Below, piece after piece: positions 48,436-57,442 of a stretch of DNA of 64,000 nt. The notes beneath the pieces were generated by a model. The model searched no databases. It was given only the letters and a program-made list of their open reading frames with translations, and was not told the origin of the DNA. The DNA is taken from positions 133,385 to 197,384 of the forward strand of contig CAIQKM010000017.1 in assembly GCA_903872345.1 (NCBI GenBank), written 5' to 3'. Source of the stretch: an uncultured Verrucomicrobia subdivision 3 bacterium (lineage in GTDB: Bacteria; Verrucomicrobiota; Verrucomicrobiia; Limisphaerales; UBA11358). Each line of letters starts with the position of its first letter. Position 1 is the stretch's first letter. A program made the position numbers and the translations under genes.

Positions 48436-50109
48436 ATGAGCACACGATATACGATTGGCCTCGACTACGGCACCAACTCGGTGCGCGCCCTAATTGTCAA
48501 CGTCGCCAACGGCAACGAAGTTGCCGCCGCCGTCTGGACCTACGCCCACGGCACGCAAGGCGTGATCCTGGCGCGCGACCCGAATCTGGCGCGGCAACAT
48601 CCGCTGGATTACGTCAACGGTGCGGAAATCACCATCAAGGAGGCCCTCGCCACCGCGAAAAAGAATGTCAAAGGCTTCTCACCCGCCCAGGTGATCGGCA
48701 TTGGCGTGGACACCACCGGCAGCACGCCCCTGCCCGTGGATGCGAACGGCCTGCCGCTGGTGTTCCAGAAAAAATTTGCGAACAATCCCGCCGCGCTCGC
48801 GTGGCTCTGGAAAGACCACACCAGCGTGGCCGAGGCGGCGGAAATCACCGCCCTGGCCAAAAAAATGCGGCCCCAATATCTCGCCAAATGCGGCGGCATC
48901 TATTCCAGCGAATGGTTCTGGAGTAAACTGCTGCACTGCCTGCGCACCGCGCCGGCGGTTTTCAACGCCGCCCATTCCTGGGTGGAACTCTCCGATTTTG
49001 TGCCCGCGTCGCTCACCGGCACGGAGCATCCGGACAAATTCATCGCGGGCGTTTGCGCCGCCGGCCACAAGGCCATGTGGAACGCCAAATGGGAAGGTTA
49101 TCCCGATGCCGAATTTCTGGCCAAGCTCGATCCCAAGCTCGCGCAACTGCGCGCCCGCCTCACCCCGCGCGTCCACACGATTGACCGCGCGGTCGGCGGT
49201 CTGACCGCCGGCTGGGCCAAGAAAACCGGTTTGACGGCGGGCATTCCCGTGGCCGTCGGCGCGTTCGACTGCCATCTCGGCGCGGTCGGCAGCGGCGTCA
49301 CGCCCGGCACGCTCGTCAAAATCATCGGCACCAGCACCTGCGACATCAGCGTGCGCGAGAACACCGCCAAACTGGCGGATGTTCCCGGCGTGTGCGGCAT
49401 CGTGGACGGCAGCGTGTTGCCCGGCTATTTCGGCATTGAAGCCGGCCAGTCGGCGGTGGGCGACCTGTTCAACTGGTGGGTCAATTACATCCAGCCGCAC
49501 GGCGAGAAGCTGTCGCACCGCGCGCTGGATGAACAGGCGCTGAAGCTCCTGCCCGGCGAAAGCGGCTTGCTGGCGCTGGACTGGAACAACGGCAACCGCA
49601 CCATCCTGGTGGATCAGCGGCTCACCGGCTTGCTCGTCGGCCAGACGCTTTACTCGACGCCGGCGGAAGTCTATCGCGCGCTGGTGGAGGCCACGGCGTT
49701 CGGCGCGCTGACCATCATCAACCGCATGGAGGAATACGGCGTGAAGATTTCGCAGATCGTCAACTGCGGCGGCATCGCGGAGAAAAGTCCGCTGACCATG
49801 CAGATTTACGCGGACGTGACCGGCCGGCCGATGAAGATCAGCCGTTCGGCGCAGACCTGCGCGCTCGGTTCGGCCATCGCGGCGGCGGTCATTGCCGGCG
49901 CGCACAAGGATTATGCCACGGCGCAAAAGAAAATGACCGGCCTGAAGCCCATCGTTTACAAGCCCAATGCCAAGGCCCATGCCGTGTACAAAAAACTCTA
50001 CGCCTGCTACAAGGAACTGCACGACGCCTTCGGCACGAAGGAATGGAACGGCAACCTTTATGGCGTGATGAAGGAACTCATTGAAATTCGCAGTCAAATC
50101 AGAAAATGA
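48436..50109 (+). CDS. araB: ribulokinase (FGGY family)
   Basis: 557 aa: YTIGLDYGTNSVRALIV (FGGY N-terminal motif), GSTPLPVD, CGGIAEKSPLTMQIYADVTGRP. Length and context (araA, araD) fit AraB. Confidence 0.9.
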   Translation: MSTRYTIGLDYGTNSVRALIVNVANGNEVAAAVWTYAHGTQGVILARDPNLARQHPLDYVNGAEITIKEALATAKKNVKGFSPAQVIGIGVDTTGSTPLPVDANGLPLVFQKKFANNPAALAWLWKDHTSVAEAAEITALAKKMRPQYLAKCGGIYSSEWFWSKLLHCLRTAPAVFNAAHSWVELSDFVPASLTGTEHPDKFIAGVCAAGHKAMWNAKWEGYPDAEFLAKLDPKLAQLRARLTPRVHTIDRAVGGLTAGWAKKTGLTAGIPVAVGAFDCHLGAVGSGVTPGTLVKIIGTSTCDISVRENTAKLADVPGVCGIVDGSVLPGYFGIEAGQSAVGDLFNWWVNYIQPHGEKLSHRALDEQALKLLPGESGLLALDWNNGNRTILVDQRLTGLLVGQTLYSTPAEVYRALVEATAFGALTIINRMEEYGVKISQIVNCGGIAEKSPLTMQIYADVTGRPMKISRSAQTCALGSAIAAAVIAGAHKDYATAQKKMTGLKPIVYKPNAKAHAVYKKLYACYKELHDAFGTKEWNGNLYGVMKELIEIRSQIRK

Positions 50110-50115
50110 TTTGTT

Positions 50116-50351
50116 AACCACGGATGGGCACAGATTAACACGGATTAACGGCATGATGCAGTTCGTCACATAAACAGCCAAGAATAATTATGAACTACCA
50201 TTGCAAATACAGTGGCTTGGAATATTCAAGCGTCTCCCTAACGGGGATCACTTGTCACCATCACACTAATGGCAGCGGTAAGGGAAGACACGAAGCGTCG
50301 TTGTGATGTTCATCCGTGTTCATCCGTGTTTATCCGTGTTAATCCGTGGTT
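50116..50351. repeat. inverted-repeat element with arms of tandem NAACACGGAT/ATCCGTGTTN decamers, between araB and araD
   Basis: Left arm aaccacggat gggcacagat taacacggat taacggc (50116-50). Right arm gttcatccgt gttcatccgt gtttatccgt gttaatccgt ggtt (50309-51). Outermost units are perfectly complementary. ~158-nt central segment with no ORF of note. Confidence 0.85.
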
Positions 50352-50361
50352 TAAAAATTGT

Positions 50362-51060
50362 ATGCTAAAAAAACTTAAAAAGCAGGTCTGTCAGGCGAAC
50401 TTGGACCTCGTCACCAAAGGTCTGGTCATTGAAACCTGGGGCAACGCCAGCGGGGTGGATCGCGAAAAGGGCGTGATGGTCATCAAGCCCAGCGGCGTGC
50501 CCTACGACGGCATGAAACCCGAGCACATGGTCGTGGTTTCGCTGAAGGACGGCAAAGTCGTGGAAGGCAATCTGAAGCCCAGTTCGGACACTGCCACCCA
50601 CTTGGTGCTGTACCGCGCGTTCAAGGACATTGGCGGCGTGGTGCATACGCACAGCCTTTATGCCACGGCATGGGCGCAAGCCTGCCAGGGACTGGCGGCT
50701 TATGGCACCACGCAGGCAGATTACTGGTATGGCGACGTGCCGGTCACCCGCAAGCTCACGCCGGCGGAAATCAAAGACGAATACGAAGCTAACACCGGCG
50801 AAGTCATTGTGCAGACGTTCAAGCAATTGAAGTATGATCCGCTGCATCATCCGGCCGTGCTGGTAGCCAGCCACGGGCCATTCACGTGGGGCAAGGATGT
50901 CGCCGGGGCCGTTCACAATGCGGGCGTGCTCGAATTCATCGCCCGGCTGAATAGCGAAACCCTGCGCATCAATCCGAAGTTGCAGCCGATGCAGTCGGCG
51001 TTGCTGGACAAACATTTTCTCCGCAAACACGGCCCGAAAGCGTATTACGGGCAGAAATAG
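50362..51060 (+). CDS. araD: L-ribulose-5-phosphate 4-epimerase
   Basis: 232 aa from ATG 50362: MLKKLKKQVCQANLDLVTKGLVIETWGNASGVDRE, VVHTHS, class II aldolase/adducin fold motifs. The track's longer version (50269) translates the decamer repeats. Confidence 0.9.
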   Translation: MLKKLKKQVCQANLDLVTKGLVIETWGNASGVDREKGVMVIKPSGVPYDGMKPEHMVVVSLKDGKVVEGNLKPSSDTATHLVLYRAFKDIGGVVHTHSLYATAWAQACQGLAAYGTTQADYWYGDVPVTRKLTPAEIKDEYEANTGEVIVQTFKQLKYDPLHHPAVLVASHGPFTWGKDVAGAVHNAGVLEFIARLNSETLRINPKLQPMQSALLDKHFLRKHGPKAYYGQK

Positions 51061-51087
51061 ACGGTAACCAAACCGCTTTAAAACCTA

Positions 51088-52080
51088 GTGAAATTCAACC
51101 TTACCCTCCCCTGCCACCGACCGGAGGCAACGCTGCTTCAGCGGCTTGGCCTGCTGCTGGCCGTCTGGCTGTCGGTGCTGCTTCCCGCCCGGGCGGCCGA
51201 TACGAACGACGTGTACCTCTACACGTTTTTCCGGGAACCGAATGGTCAGAACGGCCTGCAATTGGCGACCAGCACGGACGGGTTGAAATGGACCGAGCTG
51301 AAAGCTCCCGATGGCAGCGGCTTTCTTAAACCGCAGGTGGGCGGCCAGTTGATGCGCGATCCCAGTCTGCAACGCGGCCCGGACGGCGTGTTTCATCTGG
51401 TCTGGACCACCAGTTGGGGGCGGCCGCCGGTGTTTGGCTATGCCAGTTCCACGGATTTAATCCACTGGTCTGAACAGCGGGCCATCCCGGTAATGGAGAA
51501 CGATCCGACCGCGAAGAACGTGTGGGCGCCGGAATTGTTTTATGACGCGGCCAATGAGCAGTGGCTGATTTTCTGGGCCACCACCATCCCCGGCAAGTTT
51601 CCCGAAACCGAAAACGCCGGCGACAACAATCACCGCATTTATTACGTCACGACGAAGTATTTCAACACCTTCTCCCCCACGAAACTGCTGTACGACGGCG
51701 GGTTCAATGTGATTGATGCGATGATCCTGCCCGCCAATGGAAAGTATTATCTCGTGGTGAAAGACGAGACCAAGAATCCGGTGAAGAAACATATCCGACT
51801 GGCGGAAGCGACCAGTGCAGCGGGGCCTTACGGCCCGGCGGGTCCGGCGATCAGCCCGGACTGGGTAGAAGGTCCGTCCGGCATCAAAATCGGCGATGCT
51901 TACTACATCTATTTTGACCATTACGTAAACCCTCATTATTATGGCGGCATCAAATCCACCGACCTGAAACACTGGCAGGACATTTCGCCGCAATTATCGT
52001 TTCCAAAAGGCATGCGCCATGGCACAGTTTTGCGCGTCTCCCCCGATGTCATTGAACACATAAAAGCTTTCCAACACTAA
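51088..52080 (+). CDS. secreted five-bladed beta-propeller glycoside hydrolase (GH43-like)
   Basis: Signal peptide LLAVWLSVLLPARAAD. Motifs RDPSLQRGPDGVFHLVWT (catalytic Asp region), VWAPELFYD, WLIFWATT, VIDAMIL, EGPSGIKIGD. GTG start. Confidence 0.7.
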   Translation: MKFNLTLPCHRPEATLLQRLGLLLAVWLSVLLPARAADTNDVYLYTFFREPNGQNGLQLATSTDGLKWTELKAPDGSGFLKPQVGGQLMRDPSLQRGPDGVFHLVWTTSWGRPPVFGYASSTDLIHWSEQRAIPVMENDPTAKNVWAPELFYDAANEQWLIFWATTIPGKFPETENAGDNNHRIYYVTTKYFNTFSPTKLLYDGGFNVIDAMILPANGKYYLVVKDETKNPVKKHIRLAEATSAAGPYGPAGPAISPDWVEGPSGIKIGDAYYIYFDHYVNPHYYGGIKSTDLKHWQDISPQLSFPKGMRHGTVLRVSPDVIEHIKAFQH

Positions 52081-52098
52081 AAACCAACCAACTCAGCT

Positions 52099-53259
52099 AT
52101 GTCCCACATTACTCAAACCATATTGCAAACAATGGTGGCTGGACTGCTCGCCGCCAGTTTGGCAGGATGCGCCGATATGCCCTCCACGAACAAAACCTCC
52201 ACCATTACCAAGGATGCTTTTGGCACTGCGCCCGATGGCCAGGCCGTTGACATCTACACCCTCAGCAACGCCAAAGGCGCGCAGGCGCGCATCATGACCT
52301 ACGGCGGCGTGGTGCAATCCCTGTCGGTGCCGGACAAGCACGGCAACTTTGCCGACGTCGTGCTCGGCTATGACAACCTCGATGGTTATCTCGACAAAAA
52401 AACGCCTTACTTCGGTGCGTTGATCGGCCGCTACGGCAACCGCATTGGCGGCGCAAAATTCACGCTGGAAGGCCAGACCTACACGCTGGCGACGAACAAC
52501 GGCCCCAATTCCCTGCACGGCGGTTTGAAGGGCTTTGACAAAGTCGTCTGGACGGCCGCCCCGTCCCTGAGCGTGGACGGCCCCGTCCTGACCCTCACCT
52601 ATCTCAGCAAAGATGGCGAAGAAGGTTTCCCGGGCAATCTGCAGGTGAAGGCCGTTTATACGCTCACCGAAGACAATGCGTTGAAACTGGAATACACCGC
52701 CACCACCGACAAGGCCACGGTCGTCAATCTGACGCACCATTCCTATTTTAATCTGGCCGGCGCGGGGAACGGCAACATTCTGAAACATGTCGTTTACATC
52801 AAGGGCGACAGCACCACGCCGGTGGATGCCGGTCTGATTCCCACGGGCGAAATCAAGCCGGTGGACGGCACGCCGTTTGACTTCCGCACGCCGACGGCCA
52901 TTGGGGCGCGCATCAACGATCCCGACACCGTCCTGCAATACGGCCCCGGCTACGACCACAACTGGATCAGCAGCAAGGCGCCCGGCGAATACGGTCTGAT
53001 GGCGCGCGTGGTGGAACCGACTTCCGGCCGCACGCTGGAAGTCTGGAGCGATGAACCGGCCCTGCAATTCTATGCCGGCAATTTCCTCGACGGCACGATC
53101 ATCGGCAAGGGCGGCAAGGTCTATAAGCATCGCAGCGCCTTCTGCATGGAACCGCAGCACTATCCCGACTCACCCAACAAGTCCAACTTCCCGAACGTGG
53201 TGCTCAAGCCGGGTGAAACCTACCACAACACCATCGTTTACAAGTTTGGCAACCAATAA
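52099..53259 (+). CDS. galM: aldose 1-epimerase (galactose mutarotase), lipoprotein
   Basis: FGALIGRYGNRIGGAKFTLEGQTYTLATNNGPNSLHGG, HSYFNL, FCMEPQHYPDS motifs. Lipobox LAASLAGC. Confidence 0.9.
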   Translation: MSHITQTILQTMVAGLLAASLAGCADMPSTNKTSTITKDAFGTAPDGQAVDIYTLSNAKGAQARIMTYGGVVQSLSVPDKHGNFADVVLGYDNLDGYLDKKTPYFGALIGRYGNRIGGAKFTLEGQTYTLATNNGPNSLHGGLKGFDKVVWTAAPSLSVDGPVLTLTYLSKDGEEGFPGNLQVKAVYTLTEDNALKLEYTATTDKATVVNLTHHSYFNLAGAGNGNILKHVVYIKGDSTTPVDAGLIPTGEIKPVDGTPFDFRTPTAIGARINDPDTVLQYGPGYDHNWISSKAPGEYGLMARVVEPTSGRTLEVWSDEPALQFYAGNFLDGTIIGKGGKVYKHRSAFCMEPQHYPDSPNKSNFPNVVLKPGETYHNTIVYKFGNQ

Positions 53260-53283
53260 TCCGTTGCTTCGGAAAAAAGTGTT

Positions 53284-55119
53284 ATGAACGACATCGCTAC
53301 CAATGCGGCTACTGCGGCCGAGACGGCCACCAACAGCCTGGGGGAAACCATCGCGGCTGTGAACCACGGCTCCGTGTTTAACGGACTCGACTGGGTAATC
53401 ATCGCCCTGTTCGCCGTGGGCATGGTGATCACCGTCCTGTTCTCCATGCGGAAGAAAAACGAATCCGGCAAGGATTACTTCCTGTCCGGACGGGATGCCA
53501 ACTGGCTGCAGATCGGTTCCTCGATCTTCTCCTCCAACATCGGCTCCGAACATCTGGTCGGTCTGGCCGGCGCGGGTTTTGCCACCGGCATGGCCATGGC
53601 CCACTGGGAAATGCACGCCTACTGGATTCTGATCCTGGGCTGGGCGTTCGTGCCGTTGTACGACCGCATGAAAGTGTTCACCATGCCGGAGTTCCTCGAA
53701 CTCCGTTTCAGCCGCGGCTCCCGCAACGTGCTGAGTCTCCTCACCATGGTCAGTCTGGTGCTGACCAAAATCGCCGCCACGATTTACGCGGGCGACGTTG
53801 TCATCCGCACGCTCTTAAACGTGGATCATGTGGACATCTTCGGCAACCGGATTGACATCTTCTGGGTAATCGCCTTGGGGCTGGCCTTCACGACGGGTCT
53901 ATACACGGTGTTTGGCGGTATGCGCGTAATCATGTACACGGCGGTGCTGCAAGCCCCAGTGCTGATCTTTGGCTCGCTGTGCATCTTGTACATGGGTCTG
54001 CGCGCCCTGGGCCATGGCAGCCTCGTGGATGGCTGGCATGCCACCGTGGCCGCCGCCGGCGACAACATCCATCTGATCCGTTCCAATAACGATCCCGACT
54101 GGCCCTGGCTGGCGATTCTGCCCGGCTCGGCCATCATCGGCTTCTGGTACTGGTGTACCGATCAATACATCGTCCAGCGCGTGCTGGCGGGCCGTAACCA
54201 GCAGGAATCCCGGCGCGGTACGATTCTGGCCGGTTTCTTCAAGCTCACGCCGGTCTTCATCTTCCTGGTGCCCGGTATGATCGCCTTTGCCCTCACGCAA
54301 ACGCCCGGCACGAGTTTCAAGACCAGCGGCGACGCGGCGTACACCTCCATGGTGGCGCAAATCCTGCCGCACGGTCTGCGCGGCATGGTGGCTTGCGGTA
54401 TGATCGTTGCCCTCATGGCTTCGCTGGGCTCCAAGTTCAACGCCTCCGCAACGCTGTTCACCATGGACTTCTACCGCGAATGGTATCCGAATGCCTCGGG
54501 CAAAACGGAAGTCATCGTCGGCCGTATTGCCACGGGCGTGATCGTGCTCACCGGCATCTGCTGGGTGCTGGTGATCAAAAACCTGCAAATGCCGCTGTAT
54601 GAATATTTGCAGAACGTGCAGGCCTACCTCTCCCCCGCCATTGCCGTGCTGTTCGGCATGGGCGTGTTCTGGAAGCGGGCCACCGCCCCGGCCGCGCTGT
54701 GGGCGTTCGTGATCGGCATGGTGGGCGGGTTCGCCCGTCTGGCCGCCGACCTCGTGATGCATGGCGATGCGAAAGCCGTCACCAAGCTGAAGGTGGACCA
54801 CTATCACAAGCTGATTGACCAGGCCCAGTATGATGCGGGTATCGCCGCCATCCGGGCCACGCACAACGGCCTGCTGTTCGACTTCTGGAACATCCACTGG
54901 CTCTATTACTGCGAAGGTCTGTTTGTGCTGACCGCCCTGCTGATGGTCGTCATCAGTCTCGTGACCAAGGCGCCCGACGCCAAGACCGTCCGGTACACCT
55001 GGTATGGCGCAACGACGGAAGAAAAAGCCGCCACCAAGGCCAGTTGGAATATGCTGGATGTGGTGTTGAGCCTCATCGTGGTGGCCTGCGTGGTCATCTT
55101 CTACATCAAGTTCTTCTGA
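53284..55119 (+). CDS. sodium:solute symporter (SSS/SGLT family), probable pentose/hexose uptake
   Basis: 611-aa, ~14-TM ORF. GKDYFLSGRDANWLQIGSSIFSSNIGSEHLVGLAG is the SSS N-terminal signature. Confidence 0.85.
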   Translation: MNDIATNAATAAETATNSLGETIAAVNHGSVFNGLDWVIIALFAVGMVITVLFSMRKKNESGKDYFLSGRDANWLQIGSSIFSSNIGSEHLVGLAGAGFATGMAMAHWEMHAYWILILGWAFVPLYDRMKVFTMPEFLELRFSRGSRNVLSLLTMVSLVLTKIAATIYAGDVVIRTLLNVDHVDIFGNRIDIFWVIALGLAFTTGLYTVFGGMRVIMYTAVLQAPVLIFGSLCILYMGLRALGHGSLVDGWHATVAAAGDNIHLIRSNNDPDWPWLAILPGSAIIGFWYWCTDQYIVQRVLAGRNQQESRRGTILAGFFKLTPVFIFLVPGMIAFALTQTPGTSFKTSGDAAYTSMVAQILPHGLRGMVACGMIVALMASLGSKFNASATLFTMDFYREWYPNASGKTEVIVGRIATGVIVLTGICWVLVIKNLQMPLYEYLQNVQAYLSPAIAVLFGMGVFWKRATAPAALWAFVIGMVGGFARLAADLVMHGDAKAVTKLKVDHYHKLIDQAQYDAGIAAIRATHNGLLFDFWNIHWLYYCEGLFVLTALLMVVISLVTKAPDAKTVRYTWYGATTEEKAATKASWNMLDVVLSLIVVACVVIFYIKFF

Positions 55120-55135
55120 ACTGACCGTTCTCACC

Positions 55136-55174
55136 AAGTGGCGATGCCCCCGGGCATCGCCACTTTTTTGTTTT
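55136..55174 (+). terminator. rho-independent terminator ending the pentose operon
   Basis: aagtggcgatgccc-cc-gggcatcgccactt followed by TTTTTGTTTT, 17 nt after the symporter stop. Confidence 0.9.
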
Positions 55175-55259
55175 CAGTCGTTGTCAGTTTACGCAAGGAA
55201 AACGCCTTGCGGGAGCAGCCTGGCAACATCACCATTTACCGGATTACCGTTACCCCAGC

Positions 55260-56783
55260 ATGACACCCCTGCTCGAAATGCGCGGGATCTCCAAAAGATT
55301 TCCTGGCGTGGTTGCCTTGGACAACGTCCGCCTGCACATCAGACGCGGCGAAGTGCTCGCCTTGTGCGGCGAAAATGGCGCCGGCAAATCCACCCTCATG
55401 AAAATCCTCGGCGGCGTCTATCAGCCGGATGCCGGGGAAATCCTCATCGACGGCCAGCCCGTAATCCTGCAAGGCGTGACCGATTCCATGCGCCATTGCA
55501 TCGCCTTCATCCATCAGGAACTGAACGTGCTGGCCAACCTCGACGTGGCCGCCAATGTCTTTCTCGGACGCGAACCGCGAAACCCCTTGGGTCTCATTGA
55601 CGCCCGAAAAATTCACGCCGACGCCGCGCCCTTCATCCGGCGGCTCGGACTGGAAGTGCCCACCAACACACCGCTCGACCGCCTGTCCATCGCGCAGCAG
55701 CAACTGGTGGAAATCGCCAAGGCGCTGTCGCTCAATGCGCGGCTGATCATCATGGATGAGCCGACCTCCAGCCTTACGCTCACAGAAACCAAACGGCTGC
55801 TGGAACTGGTCCATGAGTTGAGCGAGCAAGGCGTGAGCATAGTTTACATTTCGCACCGGCTGGGCGAAATCAGCGATTGCGCCGACCGGGTGGCGGTTCT
55901 GCGCGACGGCAAAAATGCCGGCGAACTTGCCCGTGATGAAATCAGCCATGACCGGCTGGTAAGCATGATGGTCGGCCGTGAGATCGAAAACCGCTACGTT
56001 CCCTCCACCGTTCCGCGCATTGCCAACCATTTCCAGGTGCGTAACGCATCCACCTCCCGCTATCCCGGCCGACTGGTTTCCTTTGATGCCGCCGGCGGCG
56101 AGATTCTGGGCTTTGCCGGACTGGTCGGCTCGGGGCGGTCGGAGCTCATGAAAGCCATCGTGGGACTGGAACCTTCGCCGGAGCAGGAAATCACGCTGGC
56201 CGGACAACAGCTCACGATCAACCAACCGCGCGATGCCATTGACGCAGGCATTTACCTCGCGCCGGAAAACCGCCGCACCGAGGGCCTGGTCGTGGAACTA
56301 TCCGTGCGGGAAAACCTCAGCCTGCCCTCACTGGAAACCCTTTCGCAACTCGGCCTTATCAACGGTCGGCGCGAGCGGAAGCTGGCGCAGGATCAGGTGG
56401 CGGCGCTGCGGGTGAAAACCCCGACCACCGAGGCCCGCGTTCTGAACCTGAGCGGCGGGAACCAGCAGAAGGTGGTGCTGGGCAAATGGCTGGCCATGAA
56501 CCCGCGCGTGATGATTCTGGATGAACCGACCCGCGGCATTGACGTGGGCGCCAAGGCGGAAATCTACCGGCTGATGCGGGAGCTTGCCGACCGGGGCGCG
56601 GTCATTCTCATGATCAGCAGCGACATGGAGGAGGTGCTGAACATCAGCGACCGGATTGCCGTGATGCACGAAGGCGCCATCGCCGGCGTGCTGGAACGCG
56701 CCGATTGTACCGAGGAAAACGTGATGCAACTCGCCGTGGGCAAATCCCTTAACGCCGCCCGGCCGGCGTTCACGACTCGGTGA
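55260..56783 (+). CDS. sugar ABC transporter ATP-binding protein (duplicated ABC, RbsA/AraG/XylG type)
   Basis: Walker A GENGAGKST, signature LSIAQQQLVEI and Walker B LIIMDEPT in the first half. Signature LSGGNQQKV and Walker B VMILDEPTRGIDV in the second half. No permease or binding-protein gene is adjacent. Confidence 0.9.
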   Translation: MTPLLEMRGISKRFPGVVALDNVRLHIRRGEVLALCGENGAGKSTLMKILGGVYQPDAGEILIDGQPVILQGVTDSMRHCIAFIHQELNVLANLDVAANVFLGREPRNPLGLIDARKIHADAAPFIRRLGLEVPTNTPLDRLSIAQQQLVEIAKALSLNARLIIMDEPTSSLTLTETKRLLELVHELSEQGVSIVYISHRLGEISDCADRVAVLRDGKNAGELARDEISHDRLVSMMVGREIENRYVPSTVPRIANHFQVRNASTSRYPGRLVSFDAAGGEILGFAGLVGSGRSELMKAIVGLEPSPEQEITLAGQQLTINQPRDAIDAGIYLAPENRRTEGLVVELSVRENLSLPSLETLSQLGLINGRRERKLAQDQVAALRVKTPTTEARVLNLSGGNQQKVVLGKWLAMNPRVMILDEPTRGIDVGAKAEIYRLMRELADRGAVILMISSDMEEVLNISDRIAVMHEGAIAGVLERADCTEENVMQLAVGKSLNAARPAFTTR

Positions 56784-57135
56784 TGACCGTATCCGCGTGC
56801 TCGTAGGCCGGCGCGCACATGCAGAGCAGCTTCAGCACCACGGTGCCGGTGTTCCACAATTTGTGTTTCTGACCGGGCGGAATCGCGATGGCATCGCCCA
56901 CCGCCACCGGCCGGACTTCCTCACCAATCCGCAGCTCTCCCCTGCCCTCCGTGATGTAATAAATCTCCTCGGTCACCCCATGGTAATGCTCCATGGTGCT
57001 GCCGCCCACCGGCACGCGCGCTTCCGCCAGGCTTTGGTTTCGGATGACGGAATTGCGGTAGGCCAGCAGCTCGCGAATTTCCGATCCGTCCTTGGTGGTG
57101 AAGGAGGGCACGTGGTTCAGATTTTGAATGTCCAT
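56770..57135 (-). CDS. cupin-domain protein
   Basis: 121 aa from ATG 57135. Cupin motifs GGSTMEHYHGVTEEIYYITEGRGEL and GDAIAIPPGQKHKLWN. Convergent 14-nt overlap with the ABC ATPase gene. Confidence 0.75.
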   Translation of the reverse strand: MDIQNLNHVPSFTTKDGSEIRELLAYRNSVIRNQSLAEARVPVGGSTMEHYHGVTEEIYYITEGRGELRIGEEVRPVAVGDAIAIPPGQKHKLWNTGTVVLKLLCMCAPAYEHADTVITES

Positions 57136-57244
57136 AGGCTGTGGCGGCCGCCGGCGGGCGGCCCGGCGGAAAACATATCGCCCGGGGATTTGACTTTCCA
57201 GCCCAATGCGCAGATGTTGAATCAACTTCAACCCAGGAATTTGT

Positions 57245-57424
57245 ATGGACGAATGGATCGACATCGAGTGTCCGTACTGCGGACAGCACTTTGAAATCAC
57301 CGTGGACACCACCACGGCGCACCAGCAGTTTGTATCCGACTGCGACGTCTGCTGCCGCCCTTTTACCGTCAATGCCGAATGCGCCAACGGCGAGGTGGTG
57401 CGTTTTGATGTTTTGGCAAACTAG
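57245..57424 (+). CDS. CPXCG-motif cysteine-rich small protein (59 aa; below the ORF-track cutoff)
   Basis: Hand translation: MDEWIDIECPYCGQHFEITVDTTTAHQQFVSDCDVCCRPFTVNAECANGEVVRFDVLAN*. CPYCG plus DCDVCCRPF matches the CPXCG cysteine-rich family pattern. AGGA lies 9 nt upstream of the ATG. Confidence 0.7.
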   Translation: MDEWIDIECPYCGQHFEITVDTTTAHQQFVSDCDVCCRPFTVNAECANGEVVRFDVLAN

Positions 57425-57442
57425 CAGAATTCCCGCCAAGCC

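Noticed and set aside
44331-50181. Very long antisense ORFs across the pentose operon (44331..46193, 46075..48138, 48679..50181; also 43108..44256, 50365..51030, 52093..53160, 53899..55137)
   Set aside because: Each lies opposite a gene with strong family motifs (xylA, araA, GH51, araB, araD, galM, SSS). Compositionally biased (R/A/G/H) with no recognisable domains. GC-driven stop-codon depletion.
50309-50351. CRISPR-like appearance of the repeated ATCCGTGTT decamers
   Set aside because: The units are contiguous with no spacers, are only 10 nt long, are mirrored by an inverted set 160 nt upstream, and have no cas genes nearby. This is a tandem-unit hairpin arm, not a CRISPR array.
50269-50361. 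31-aa N-terminal extension of araD in the ORF track
   Set aside because: The extension (…CDVHPCSSVFIRVNPWFKNC) is the translation of the decamer repeats. The canonical AraD N-terminus begins at ATG 50362.
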